A stretch of 64,000 nucleotides of DNA, from IMG/VR virus record IMGVR_UViG_3300045988_084534, positions 1-64,000 of that record. One strand, 5' to 3'. The notes below the pieces were generated by a model. It was given only the letters and a program-made list of their open reading frames with translations, was not told the origin of the DNA and made no database searches. Of the stretch, positions 35,998 through 47,300 are shown in pieces. Positions within the stretch are counted from its first letter, which is position 1. Every line of letters starts with the position of its first letter. This DNA is from a virus. The position numbers were made by a program, and so were the translations under genes.

Positions 35998-37233
35998 TAA
36001 TTTTGTAGACCTCTATAAACAGGGTGAATTGCTGGAAACCTAAACTCATATAGAGCATGGTAATCAGCAGCCAAGATTGAGATGAAATGCTCAATAAGGT
36101 TCAGAGACTATCGAAAGCATAATAAATAAAAGTGGGAATATACCACTTGAAGTGAGTAGAGTACACAGTAGTGCTAACTGTGGAAGTGCCCTGCCCTCAT
36201 ATTATATGAGGTGATGATATAGTCCATTCCTATGAGAAATCATAGGCGAGAACTCTATAATAGGTATAATATTTGAAAGAAAAGAAGTTTTGTGTATATG
36301 TGCATATGTTTCCAAATGGGAAAAGATACATTGGTATAACCAGCAAGCGCCCAAATGACAGATGGGAGAGAGGTAGTGGGTATCGTGATAGCTTACCAAT
36401 GCGTAATGCAATAAATAAATATGGATGGGATAATATAGAGCACATAATACTATTTGATGGATTGACACAAGAAGAGGCTTGCAAAAAGGAAGTTGAACTT
36501 ATAGAGAAATATAAAACAAACATTCATAAATACGGCAATCAATATGGATACAACTTAACTGATGGAGGCGAAGGCACTACTGGGCATAAGGTGTCAGAAG
36601 AAAGAAAAGAAATTATGCGCCAACTAAAATTGGGTAAAGTTGGAAAGGATTGTCCAAATTCTCGCCCGATTGTTTGTGATGGGGTTGAGTATGAGAGTTT
36701 AACTGACTTTAAGAATAAGAATAATCATCCAAAAGGCAATATCGCAGCTTGGTTAAATGGTACAGTAGGAATGCCAGAATATTGGTATAATAAACGACTA
36801 CATTATAAAGATTTGGGATTCGATGTTGTTAAATTAGCAGACAATAAAAACCGTGCTAAAAAAGTTGTTGCAGATGGAATTATGTTTGATACGTTAGAAG
36901 ATTGTGCTAATTATTTTGGAGTAGATGCACCAAGGATATGTAATTATCTAAATGGTAAAAATGCTACACCAGACAGAATCATAAATGCAGGACTTAGATA
37001 TGAAGATGAAGATGTGCATGAATTTAAAAGGCAAACTAAAAGAAGTAAGAATAAAATAAAATGTGAAATAGATGGCATTCAATTTAATACACAAGCAGAC
37101 TTAGCGAAATATATAAAAGAAAATAAGGCGACTTTATGGGCTTGGTTTGCTGGGAAAAATCCAATGCCAGAGAAATATGTAAAGAGAGGAATAAAAATTA
37201 TAGAGTAATCTCGGCTCAACTTAGCAAATTGAG
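35998..37233 (+). mobile_element. group I intron (TMP intron 3) with GIY-YIG endonuclease gene
   Basis: P1: gaggtT (35992-97) / Gacctc (36008-13). P7: gactatc (36106-12) / gatatagtc (36216-24). Ends in G37233. Confidence 0.8.
36273..37208 (+). CDS. intron-encoded GIY-YIG homing endonuclease
   Basis: FCVYVHMFPNGKRYIGITS..RW..GSGY..NAINKYGW..EEACKKEVELI; TTG start with a weak RBS. Confidence 0.8.
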   Translation: MKEKKFCVYVHMFPNGKRYIGITSKRPNDRWERGSGYRDSLPMRNAINKYGWDNIEHIILFDGLTQEEACKKEVELIEKYKTNIHKYGNQYGYNLTDGGEGTTGHKVSEERKEIMRQLKLGKVGKDCPNSRPIVCDGVEYESLTDFKNKNNHPKGNIAAWLNGTVGMPEYWYNKRLHYKDLGFDVVKLADNKNRAKKVVADGIMFDTLEDCANYFGVDAPRICNYLNGKNATPDRIINAGLRYEDEDVHEFKRQTKRSKNKIKCEIDGIQFNTQADLAKYIKENKATLWAWFAGKNPMPEKYVKRGIKIIE

Positions 37234-37709
37234 TCAAATATCAAGGCAAACAATTTTAGTGTAGGCACTAATGATTTAGCAAGTGCCATGGAAGTTGCGT
37301 CTAGTGGGCTTGCAACATATGGGAATGAATTTTCTGAGGTACTAGGATTAGTAACAGCAGGCACAGAAATTATGCAAGGGAGATCATTGCAGGTTGCACG
37401 CGGGTTATCAACGATTGCCTCCCGCATTGCAAAAAATCAAGATGCCCTTGCAGAATATGGAATAGCAGTTCAAGATGCCAATGGCAATCTAAAGAGCACA
37501 TATGATGTTCTTGCAGAATTAAAGCCAAAATGGGATCAAATGACCGATGCTCAAAGAGTAGCATTGGGTGACACTCTTGCTGGAACCAATCAATACAAAG
37601 TCCTTGCCGCCGTACTCCAGAATTTTGAGCACGCAACAGCGGCGACTGAAACAGCCCTTAATTCCGCTGGCTCTGCGGCACAGGAAAACGCGAAGTACCT
37701 AGAGAGCCT
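37234..37709 (+). CDS. tail tape measure protein, exon 4 of 5
   Basis: SNIKANNFSVGTNDLASAMEVASSGLATYG..GRSLQVARGLSTIASR..LGDTLAGTNQYKVL is typical of the TP901-type TMP core. Confidence 0.75.
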
Positions 37710-38033
37710 TAACAAAATGGGGTTCTATAAACAAGTCTAATTGCGGGAACACCCTTAGAGCCTTATCAACCAAGTTTTAATAGGAATATTAAGATGGCGA
37801 GGTTAGTGACCGAGGTATGGTAAAATTGATAAGGATTGGGCAACCAGACGCAACCAAGCGTCCAGAACGGACGAAGGCTCATCGACCATCCCTTAATATG
37901 GGAGTAGGAGAAAGTGCTAGTCTCCGAAATGGCTTGACTTGCATAAGCAAGTATGATATGGTCAGTTCTCATATGAAAATATGAGCGGTAGATGTCTACG
38001 ACTAAGATTTAGCACATCTTAGTGAACATAAAG
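37710..38033 (+). mobile_element. ORF-less group I intron (TMP intron 4, 324 nt)
   Basis: P1: agccT (37705-09) / Gggtt (37720-24). P7: gaccatc (37884-90) / gatatggtc (37955-63), which is a compensated variant of the family P7. Ends in G38033. The join gives ..YLESLEAREQSIKAEF.. Confidence 0.7.
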
Positions 38034-41000
38034 CGAAGCCCGCGAACAATCCATCAAAGCAGAATTTGAGGATTTTGCAAATCGCGTATTATCCAAAGAA
38101 GTAGTAGCAGGATTTTATGATGCTACTGAAGCGGCATTACAATTTATTAACACAGATTTTGGTGCAGCCACCACGAGAATCATAGGCACAACAACGGCTA
38201 TTACAAGTCTGGTTGGTATTCTTGGCACAATGGGCGCAAAATTGGTGCTTGTTGGTAAACAGCTACAGGCGGCTGGTGCGGCTAATGGCGTTCTTGGATT
38301 CCTTACTACGCCTAAGACACTGCTTATTATAGCTGGCGTGGTAGCCGCTATTGCTGGCTTAGTTGAGGTTATTAAGTCGGTTGAAAAAGCTCAATATGAG
38401 GCAAATCATGCTTTTGAGATAGCAAATCAAAAATTATCTGAGACACAAAACGAAATTAAGTCTACTGAGGAAAATTTACAAAGTTATAAAAATTCTCTTA
38501 AAGAACTTAATGATGTGGCTGAAAAAGATAGAGGTCTTGCTTGGCAACAAGAACGTGCTGAAATTGAATTAAATATTCAAAGTACAGAGACATACTTAAA
38601 GCTGTTAGAGCAAAAAGCCAAGTTAGAAGCGCAAACGGCGTATGAATCTAAGTTGCCAACTGGTTATACACTTGCAGGCAACCTAAACGAAAATAAATAT
38701 AAGACCGAAGATTATTTTGGCGACTATTTTGCACCTGGCAATTCCCAAGTACAGTTGTCTATGGAGCAAGCTGGTGTTATAACGGCTGTGTATGACAGCG
38801 AATACGAGGCATTATCTAACATCGTTTTAGCACTTGCAAATGCTACAGATGAGCGCTATAGATACATCGAGGCAGAAGATTTAGCTCAACTTGAAGGCAA
38901 ATCAACTGAAGAACAAATTCAGATTATGACTGATTTGTTAGGTAATTTGGGAATCAAGTTGTCCGCTACCACTGAAACGGCTACGCAATCTTTTGCCGCA
39001 ATGGATAATCTTGCCAATAAATCTGGAGAACTTTCAACTAAAGAGAAAGATTTGGCGCAACGATACTTAGACCTGTATCGAAATATTGTTATCCTTGGTG
39101 TGGCAACCGATGAACAAACAAACAGCTATATTCAACTATTGGCTAGAATGTCTGCATTTGACTTGGAGACGGCTAGCACAACAGAAAAGATTAGTTGGTT
39201 AGCAAATGCTTTTGGTATAACAGCTAGTGAATCTGCAAATCTATTATATGCAACTGGTCAATTATCTCTGATTCAGGCTCAAGCTGCACGCGACATGGTA
39301 CAACTTTCTAACGGTATGTGGGCTGCTAAATCTGCGTGTAAACAACTTGACGATGGGACATGGGAATTAAAAGAAAATTTAGACGAAACCGACGATTCAG
39401 CAGAAGACTTGTCCGATTCTCTCAATGCCTATCAAAAATCCATCAAGCAAGTAACCGATGATGAAAAAGCATTTGTCAATTCGCTATTTGATATGAATGG
39501 CAATTTGACCAAAGCGGCTCAACAAGCTCTTACCGCTGATAGTGCTATGGCGAGTTATGCACAGAAAATCCTAGAGGCTCAACAAGCACAAACGCAGTCT
39601 GATTATTCTAATTTAATACTTCAAATTGGTAAGGTTGGAGAAGCAGCTTACGTTAGTAGTAATAGATTACAGTCTTTGATTGCTAGCATTCCGGGCGTTA
39701 CTTCTAGTACATGGTCTGCTGAAAATCAGGAATCTGTGATGCGCCGATTGTTTAACAAGCAAACGGGCAAGAACTGGAAACAAGACGCGGCAGCATATAG
39801 TGAATGGTCATCGAATTATTTGTTAAATTTGAGCCAAAAAAAATATGAAGAACGCTTAAAAGAGCTACAAAATCAAGCAAATGCTATATCTTCATTTGTT
39901 CCATCTACAGGTGGCGGAGGTGGCTCATCTTCTACAACATCTCAAAAATCCCCGGCTCAAATTGCGGCAGAAGCGGCAACGAAAGCGGCTAAGTATAGAC
40001 TAGATGCCTTACAAGATGAGCTTGATGCGCTCAACGATGAAAAATCGGCACTAGAAGATGAAATTCAGCGAATCCAAGATGAGGTCAAGGCTGAATATCA
40101 GGCTGAGATTGATATTCTCAACGATAAGAAAGAGGCTATCCAAGAGGCATATGAGGCATGGGAAGAAGATGCTGATGCTGTACTTGATAGACTCAAAGCA
40201 GAAAAGGACGCTATTCAAGCAGTCATTGACGCTATTGACAAAGAGAAAGAACAACTTGAAGCGGCGACCGCCTATGCTACTGAATATGCCTCTAGGCAGA
40301 TTGATGAAATTGACGCGCGGCTAGATGAGCTAGATGCCCGTGAAGCCGAAATCAATAAAAAATATGATGACGAGCTAGACAAGCTAAAAGCGACCAATAA
40401 AGAGCTGGACAAGCAAATTGAGCGCGAGAAGCTGCTACAAAATCTAGCATCTGCTAAAAATAAGAAAAAGCGGGTATATTCGGCGCAACAGGGTTATATC
40501 CTAGTTGATGATATTGCCGCAATTTCTAAAGCACAGGCAGAGCTTGATAAATTTGACCGTCAGCAAAAACAATCTCTTGAGAAACAGGAGATTGAAAATA
40601 AACGCAAACAAGAGCTGTTAGCATCTGGTGTCGAGGCTGAACGCGCGGCATTAGAAGAGCAGAAAAAGCTCTGGGAAGAATATAGTAAAAAATGGTCTAG
40701 TATTGTTTCTGACTATGAGTTCAAGCAAAATAGACTAGCTTATATTCAGCGATATGGTAAGGCTATTGAGCAACAGAACTGGCAACAGCGCAATAGAACG
40801 GTTGACCAAGCTACCAAAGAATACGCTGATATTATGGCGCGGCTATTGGCTGAACAAGAGCGGATGGCGGCTAAAGAGGCTGAAATTGCGGCTCAAGAGG
40901 CGGCAATGGACGAAGCCAGAATTGCCAATCAGAAAGCAACTGCCGCTATTGAAAAGCAAATCAGCGACCTACAAGATGAAATGGTGGCGGCTCAAGAAGC

Positions 41001-41652
41001 CAGAACTCGCAAGCAAGTAGAATCTCTAAATGCACTGGCTGATGCTATCGAGGACGCTCAAAGGCGTGTTAATCAAGCGCAGAAAGATTATGACTCCGCA
41101 CAAGAAGATGAGGGCGCATATGATGTAGATAAGCCGCGTGTTCTAAAGCAAGTGGGCGGCAAAGCTCCCGATGATGCCAAGGTAGGCGATTATATTGCTA
41201 CGGCAGATGGCATTTATCATATTACTGGCGGATACGCTGGACATTGGAAGAGTAGACGAGTGAGCGGTACTGAGGGGCGTTCCGACTTAAATAATGCGAG
41301 AGCAGCGGCTAATTGGCTAGTTAAAAATGGCTATTTGACCGCTGGCGAATTTGGCTATAGGAGCGGAACAACATCTGCCACACCGGGCTTACATATGCTC
41401 GGTGAAAATGGCCCAGAGCTAGGCGTGTTAAGTCGCGGCGATGGGGTCATCCCAGCCGATATAACCAGAAACCTGATGAACATAGGCAAGAATCCAGAGA
41501 AATTTGCAAATGCCGCTGTTGCCAGAAATGGCGGCGATATTATCATGCAAGGCGTTACTTTGGCATTCCCCAATGTGCGTGATGGCAGTGATGCCGCAAC
41601 ATTCACTAAGAATTTTGTCAACTTGGCGCATCAATATGCCTATAAGCGATAA
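38034..41652 (+). CDS. tail tape measure protein, exon 5 of 5
   Basis: The frame is open from 38032. TM segment (LLIIAGVVAAIAGLV), very long coiled-coil, C-terminal GENGPELGVLSRGDGVIP. The spliced total is 4689 nt, or 1562 aa. Confidence 0.8.
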
Positions 41653-41659
41653 ATTGAAT

Positions 41660-41694
41660 AAGAGGGGTTGGGCATCCCGCCCCTCTTATATATT
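41660..41694 (+). terminator. hairpin terminator after the tape measure gene
   Basis: aagagggg..cccctctt with an inner ggg/ccc stem; the T tract is weak. Confidence 0.55.
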
Positions 41695-41715
41695 AAAACA
41701 AGGAGGCAATGATAT

Positions 41716-41958
41716 ATGACATCTGCAAAAGATTTACTAGATGCTATAAATTTGCTGATAGATAAAAAGCTAGAAAAAACGGCGCAAATATATACCTGTA
41801 TCGTTACCTCTGTGAACACGACCACAAAAAAATGTACAGTTACAATGGGCGGTGTTAGCATCAATGTGCAATATTACGGGAATGCGCCGACACCGGGAAA
41901 AGCATATCGTGTATTTGTACCACAGGGCAATACCAGTGATGCTTTTATTATCAATTAA
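41716..41958 (+). CDS. hypothetical tail protein (80 aa)
   Basis: ORF track; RBS AAGGAGG. Confidence 0.6.
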   Translation: MTSAKDLLDAINLLIDKKLEKTAQIYTCIVTSVNTTTKKCTVTMGGVSINVQYYGNAPTPGKAYRVFVPQGNTSDAFIIN

Positions 41959-41972
41959 GGAGGCGCAATATA

Positions 41973-43079
41973 TTGGCATTAACTATACCAACATTAAATC
42001 AGGTTGCCGCATTTGATGCGGGGTATCCGCAGACATTTACATTCAATGTTATTGGCGGCGACCAAGTAACGGGCAGTATATTGACCATTAAAACAAATGA
42101 TGCGGCGGCAACCACAGTTTCTACGATTGAAACCACGTCATTTGATTATATAGTAACATTGCCAGCGGGTAGATTGACCAATGGCACATATTATCAGGCA
42201 TATATTCAGACTAAGAACGCGGCGGGTGATACATCCGACCCGTCCAACATCATCCAGTTCTATTGCTATACAACGCCTGTCTTTGAGTTCGACCCAGCCG
42301 TTGTTACAGTAGGCAATTCTAGCGCGTCATTTAATGTGACATATGATCAGCTTCAGAAAGAGCCGCTTGTTCAATATAGATTCTATCTATATAATCAGGC
42401 TGGTATTAGAATTTCAGACAGTGGCGTGATTTACACAAATAGTACAGATGTGCCGTTTAGCGGCTCATATCTATTCACAGGATTTTCTAATAATACAACA
42501 TATCAGATTGAATGTGTGGGCGTTACATCTGGTAATACATCTATCACTACGGGGCGTTCTACATTTACTGTATCATATGAATCGCCATCTGTCTACTCAG
42601 ATTTTATAGTCACTAATAACTGCGAAGGCGGCTATATGACCATAACATCTAATGTTGTCGGCATTGATGGTACAGTATTCCCAGAGCCGCCAAAATATGT
42701 AGATGACCCATATTCAACACAGGTAGTTCCAAAGAAAGAGTTGGATGTTACAGATAGTGACTCATATGTCGTATGGGATACTGGATATATCGTTACGGAC
42801 AATTATGCTCTTGGTGCGTGGATTAGAAACCCCAATCCAAACAGTATGCTAATAGAGCTAAAGAATAATGACGGCGATATGGTGCAATTATGGTATATGA
42901 CTAATGATGAAAAATCATGGATGGAACTATATGTAACACCAAGCGGCGATTTATGGAAATATGAAATTAAGAGCGCAGAAATCGCCGCACCGTCACATGA
43001 TGAACAGCTATTTATCAAGCTGATATGTGAGAACAACCTATACGATATTAGTATAACTAATAGGGGGGCAGTGGTATGA
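41973..43079 (+). CDS. tail/baseplate structural protein (368 aa; distal-tail candidate by position)
   Basis: First large ORF after the TMP; TTG start after AAGGAGG. Confidence 0.5.
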   Translation: MALTIPTLNQVAAFDAGYPQTFTFNVIGGDQVTGSILTIKTNDAAATTVSTIETTSFDYIVTLPAGRLTNGTYYQAYIQTKNAAGDTSDPSNIIQFYCYTTPVFEFDPAVVTVGNSSASFNVTYDQLQKEPLVQYRFYLYNQAGIRISDSGVIYTNSTDVPFSGSYLFTGFSNNTTYQIECVGVTSGNTSITTGRSTFTVSYESPSVYSDFIVTNNCEGGYMTITSNVVGIDGTVFPEPPKYVDDPYSTQVVPKKELDVTDSDSYVVWDTGYIVTDNYALGAWIRNPNPNSMLIELKNNDGDMVQLWYMTNDEKSWMELYVTPSGDLWKYEIKSAEIAAPSHDEQLFIKLICENNLYDISITNRGAVV

Positions 43080-43987
43080 TTGGTATTCTAGGATATAATT
43101 TTTGTCGTGATGAAGATTGCCTAAATCCATATCCTACTCATGCTAATACGGTGCAATTTACTAGAGCGAGCAATGCTGTTTATGGGCATCTTAATATCAC
43201 ATCGAATATAGCCAATCCATATCCTGACGAAAATCCACCAACAGCATGGGATTTTAATACCATCATCAATATTGATTTTGATGGGGATGTATCTGGCGGC
43301 TCGTCTGAAGGCGTAGAGGATATTATTGCTGTAAGAATCAAGCGGCGCATTCATGGTGAATTTGATTGGATGACAATTAAGGAATTTACAATCACCAGTT
43401 CAGACCAGCTCAAATTTACCACTACAGATAATCTTGGGCTGAATTTCACCACATATGATTATGCTTTTGTTCCCGTTACGAATCAGGGTGAGGGCAATTA
43501 TATTATTGCTGAAAGCAAGCTGTCAGAATTTGATGGTGTATTCATTTGTGACCAAGAGACCATCCATAAATTTGAGGCGGGTGTTGAATATGGCACTAAT
43601 GATTATGTCCAGAAAATCGGCACGTTTGAGCCATATGGCAGGCAATATCCAGTTGTTATTAGTAATGGTCTAATCAATTATCAGACTGGTTCATTGACTG
43701 GCACAATTCTACCAGTTGATTATACATCCAATGGTAGGCTCAATCGCCAAGAAATGGTTGAAATTAAAAAGACGCTGGCGGCATTCATGACCAATAAGAA
43801 GCCAAAAATCATCAAGGATTTTAATGGCAACGCATGGCTCATTTATATTATTGATAATGTGTCTATTGATTACAAGAACAATTGGGGAATGGGCATTGCC
43901 GACATTACAGCCACATGGATTGAAACGGGTGATGTAAATAACAAGAGCGACCTGTATAAAAACGGATTAATTCCAACGGAGGTATAA
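43076..43987 (+). CDS. tail/baseplate structural protein (303 aa)
   Basis: ATGA coupling. Confidence 0.55.
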   Translation: MIGILGYNFCRDEDCLNPYPTHANTVQFTRASNAVYGHLNITSNIANPYPDENPPTAWDFNTIINIDFDGDVSGGSSEGVEDIIAVRIKRRIHGEFDWMTIKEFTITSSDQLKFTTTDNLGLNFTTYDYAFVPVTNQGEGNYIIAESKLSEFDGVFICDQETIHKFEAGVEYGTNDYVQKIGTFEPYGRQYPVVISNGLINYQTGSLTGTILPVDYTSNGRLNRQEMVEIKKTLAAFMTNKKPKIIKDFNGNAWLIYIIDNVSIDYKNNWGMGIADITATWIETGDVNNKSDLYKNGLIPTEV

Positions 43988-43988
43988 T

Positions 43989-45443
43989 ATGGCATATAAT
44001 GTTGTAACCTCTGATTTAGATATTATCCGGCAACAGAGCATCAAGAAAATAATTCGGCTATATATACTAGATTTTAACTATGCTCGTGTTGCTGAAATCA
44101 GCGGTAATATGTTGGCTATGAATGTATCTATTGATTCAGAGTCAGATTTGCGCCGTAGCTGTAGCATTGAGCTTGTAGTAGTAGATGATTCATATAATGT
44201 AGCCGCTGGTGGACGTATATGGTTAGACAAATATATCCAACCATATATTGGCTATGAGAACATTCATACTGGTGAAGTACAGTGGTATAATCAGGGCATA
44301 TATTTAATCAATGCTCCAAGCTGGCAATATGACGCTGAAACAAAGGTGCTCTCTTTTGCTGGGCTTGATTTGATGAGCAAATTGACGGGTTTGCGCAATG
44401 GGCAGCTAGAGGGCTTGACATATAGTATCCCAGCAGGACAAAATGTGCGCAATGTTATCATTGACACGATTAAATTGGCTGGATTCAATAATTATATTGT
44501 ATCAGAATGTAGAAGCAAGAACGGCGCAATCGTGCTTACTCCATATAATATAGAAATATCGGCAGGCGGCACAGTATATGATATTTTGAGCGAATTGCGC
44601 GACATTATGCCCAATTATGAGATATTCTTTGATGTTGACGGCGTGTTTATTTATCAACCAATTCCAACTGGACAGAATGTTCCTGTTAAAATTGATGACA
44701 CAATGTTAAAAAATGTGCTGCTCAATGAAGCCGTAGATACAGATTTTGAGACAGTTAAGAACTATATTGAGGTATATGGGCAAACATATGACCCCGATTA
44801 TTATTCGGCTACGACCACATATTCAGGCGGCGTATTGAATCTAACCGTGTCCAGCTTGTCTACAGCAGCGGCTAGTGTTCCAAATGGTATATTGATTGGA
44901 TTTACAGCGCCACAAGATATTAACGGCGCAATCAATGTTAAATTAAACAATCTGACATCTGCAATGCCGCTAATTGACCAATATGGTGAATCGACATATA
45001 GTCTTGTATCAGGTGGCTATTACATTATCCAATGGAATTATACAGATGCGTCAACATCGCCATACTATTATATTGGCAAGCAACAAATCAGCGCCATAGC
45101 AAAAGACGATAATCCAGATAGCCCATTTTATATTAGTGGTTCAGTCGGCATGATTAGAGAGGTACTGTCTGGAGGCGAATATGATAATATTATCACAGAT
45201 TCATTAGCCCAGCAACAGGCAGATTATTCTTTGTGGCAAAAGACCCGATTACAGGATTCTATTGCATTAAGCATTACGCCTGTACCATGGCTTGATGTCA
45301 ATGATATTATCGGGCATAAGGCTGTTGGCGCATCAGAAGCAAAAAAATATATAGTGAAAAACATATCAACGGATTATGGGCAGGTCGATGGTATGCAGAC
45401 AATCACGGCTATTACCTATTATCCGTTATATCCAGATATTTAA
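43989..45443 (+). CDS. tail/baseplate structural protein (484 aa)
   Basis: ORF track; RBS. Confidence 0.55.
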   Translation: MAYNVVTSDLDIIRQQSIKKIIRLYILDFNYARVAEISGNMLAMNVSIDSESDLRRSCSIELVVVDDSYNVAAGGRIWLDKYIQPYIGYENIHTGEVQWYNQGIYLINAPSWQYDAETKVLSFAGLDLMSKLTGLRNGQLEGLTYSIPAGQNVRNVIIDTIKLAGFNNYIVSECRSKNGAIVLTPYNIEISAGGTVYDILSELRDIMPNYEIFFDVDGVFIYQPIPTGQNVPVKIDDTMLKNVLLNEAVDTDFETVKNYIEVYGQTYDPDYYSATTTYSGGVLNLTVSSLSTAAASVPNGILIGFTAPQDINGAINVKLNNLTSAMPLIDQYGESTYSLVSGGYYIIQWNYTDASTSPYYYIGKQQISAIAKDDNPDSPFYISGSVGMIREVLSGGEYDNIITDSLAQQQADYSLWQKTRLQDSIALSITPVPWLDVNDIIGHKAVGASEAKKYIVKNISTDYGQVDGMQTITAITYYPLYPDI

Positions 45444-45459
45444 TAAGGAGGGAATATAA

Positions 45460-45786
45460 GTGAGTACGGTTTTCCCCTCGGAAATTCAAACTTTTCCAAC
45501 AATGCAAGATATGAGCGCCAGTGATGCCGCGCTGGTTAAGCAATATCAAGAGTTAATGAAGCAAGGCAGAATCAATTCTGCTAGAGATGTATTGGCGCAA
45601 ATCAGCAATTATCAGAATAAGCTAGTGACCGCAGAATTACTCAATACAATGAACGATACCATTGTGGCGCTAGAAGGATATTATACAACGAGATTTAGCC
45701 CAGCATATGTTGTATCTGCCACACAGCCAGCTAAACAGGATGTCGGTGATTTCTGGTTTAAGGTCAATAAGGAGACAAGTGTCTGA
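45460..45786 (+). CDS. hypothetical structural protein, paralog A
   Basis: GTG start after AAGGAGG; its pattern is related to the next ORF. Confidence 0.55.
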   Translation: MSTVFPSEIQTFPTMQDMSASDAALVKQYQELMKQGRINSARDVLAQISNYQNKLVTAELLNTMNDTIVALEGYYTTRFSPAYVVSATQPAKQDVGDFWFKVNKETSV

Positions 45787-46094
45787 TGAAATATCAAGAT
45801 ATACATAGAAGTGATGCGGCAATTTGGGCACAATATAAACAATATATTGACGAAGGAAAATATACTGAGGCTGCTAGTTTGATTGATGGGCTTGATGATA
45901 AGGCGCTCATTGCTAATGTATTTAATTACATGACAGGGCAAGATGGCGATTATAGTAAACCCAATCTCAAGACGCTACAAGAGCACCAAAGTAGCACATT
46001 CAAGCAAGACAGGATTCAAGTTGCTACTGAGCCGCCAGCCAATATGAAAGCAGGGGATGTATATTTTCATTTCGACAGAGAAATAAGAGGGTGA
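45786..46094 (+). CDS. hypothetical structural protein, paralog B
   Basis: TGATG coupling. Shares the ..QY...GK/R...A..L.. pattern and the C-terminal GD.(W/Y)F motif with 45460..45786. Confidence 0.55.
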   Translation: MKYQDIHRSDAAIWAQYKQYIDEGKYTEAASLIDGLDDKALIANVFNYMTGQDGDYSKPNLKTLQEHQSSTFKQDRIQVATEPPANMKAGDVYFHFDREIRG

Positions 46095-46098
46095 ATAT

Positions 46099-46407
46099 AT
46101 GGCGACAACAAAACAAATTACAATGACAGAATATAATGGCACGGATTATGACGTGATATTGCCAAAATCTGTATATACAGTGACTGGCACGTTATTAGGT
46201 ACGGGATGGTCGAACAATCAGCAAACAATCAATATCCCGCAGGTTATGGCTGATAGTGCAGTTATCGTATCCTCTACACCTGCTGATGCTGACAAGTATA
46301 CCAATTCTGGCATTCTATGCACGGCTCAGGGTGATGGTACATTGACATTTACAAGAAAGAGGGCGGCAACATCCGCCAATATTGGAGTTAATATTTTCAT
46401 TCTTTAA
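46099..46407 (+). CDS. hypothetical structural protein (102 aa)
   Basis: ORF track; RBS. Confidence 0.55.
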   Translation: MATTKQITMTEYNGTDYDVILPKSVYTVTGTLLGTGWSNNQQTINIPQVMADSAVIVSSTPADADKYTNSGILCTAQGDGTLTFTRKRAATSANIGVNIFIL

Positions 46408-46422
46408 TAAGGAGGCGATGTC

Positions 46423-47298
46423 ATGTTAATGAATGTTCGCCCATCTTATCCAGAATTAGAGTATATCAATATTATTGACATCACGCCAGAAGATAGAACA
46501 TTTACAAGTGATATAGGTATAAGAAGCGTAAGTACATGGGGGCCTCTATATTATGAGGGTGAAGCATATCCACAAAAAGATACAGCGACATATTATCCGA
46601 GCGGACACACACCTCCGGGATATATAAGGTATGGTTTCAGAAATTTTACTGTTCATCCAATATCACAAGCCGAATTAACTGTTGCTGGCACTGAATCAGA
46701 GCAGACATTTCAGCCAAGCAACAATGATGCTTTCTTATATAACAAAGTGACCGTTACTCCAAATCTATTACAGTCAAAACCACCAGTTACGCCATCTGCG
46801 ACATCTCAACCTGTTACACCAGATAGTGGATATTATGCGTTGAATAGTGTTACCGTTAAGGGCTTGCCACTTGAAACAAAGAATGTTCCAAGCATTACGC
46901 AAAACGACCAAGTTTTTACGCCATCTAGCGGATATTATGGCTTTAAGCAAATCAATGTTCCAGCTAGTACCACATTGAAGATGTTGACCGTTACGCGCAA
47001 TAGACCAGATAATATTCCAAATACTGTGGGATTTTCAACGATATATACAATATCTATTTTGACCACTAATAGCATGGGATATACAGAGTATCAGAACGGA
47101 GTAAATATGATAACGGGCAGTTCTAGTCTAGGTGGTGTGGCAACAATTATTTGGGGTTATGGTGGAGATAGTATGCTTCAACAAGTGGTCAATTTCAATG
47201 AATTGGTAACTGTGACTAGTTCAACTATCAACATAAATATAAGTCAATTTGATCTTCGGTTCTCTGGCGAATATCAAGTGTTTATAACGGGGGCGTAA
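46423..47298 (+). CDS. SGYYG-repeat structural protein 1
   Basis: Modules ..QPVTPDSGYYALNSVTVKG.. and ..QVFTPSSGYYGFKQINVPA.. Confidence 0.6.
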   Translation: MLMNVRPSYPELEYINIIDITPEDRTFTSDIGIRSVSTWGPLYYEGEAYPQKDTATYYPSGHTPPGYIRYGFRNFTVHPISQAELTVAGTESEQTFQPSNNDAFLYNKVTVTPNLLQSKPPVTPSATSQPVTPDSGYYALNSVTVKGLPLETKNVPSITQNDQVFTPSSGYYGFKQINVPASTTLKMLTVTRNRPDNIPNTVGFSTIYTISILTTNSMGYTEYQNGVNMITGSSSLGGVATIIWGYGGDSMLQQVVNFNELVTVTSSTININISQFDLRFSGEYQVFITGA

Positions 47299-47300
47299 AT

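Noticed and set aside
40051-41020. Alternative-frame ORFs inside TMP exon 5 (40058-40324, 40754-41020, 40051-40254 minus)
   Set aside because: They arise from the K/E/Q/A-rich coiled-coil repeat coding. They are Lys/Arg-rich low-complexity frames with no independent signals.
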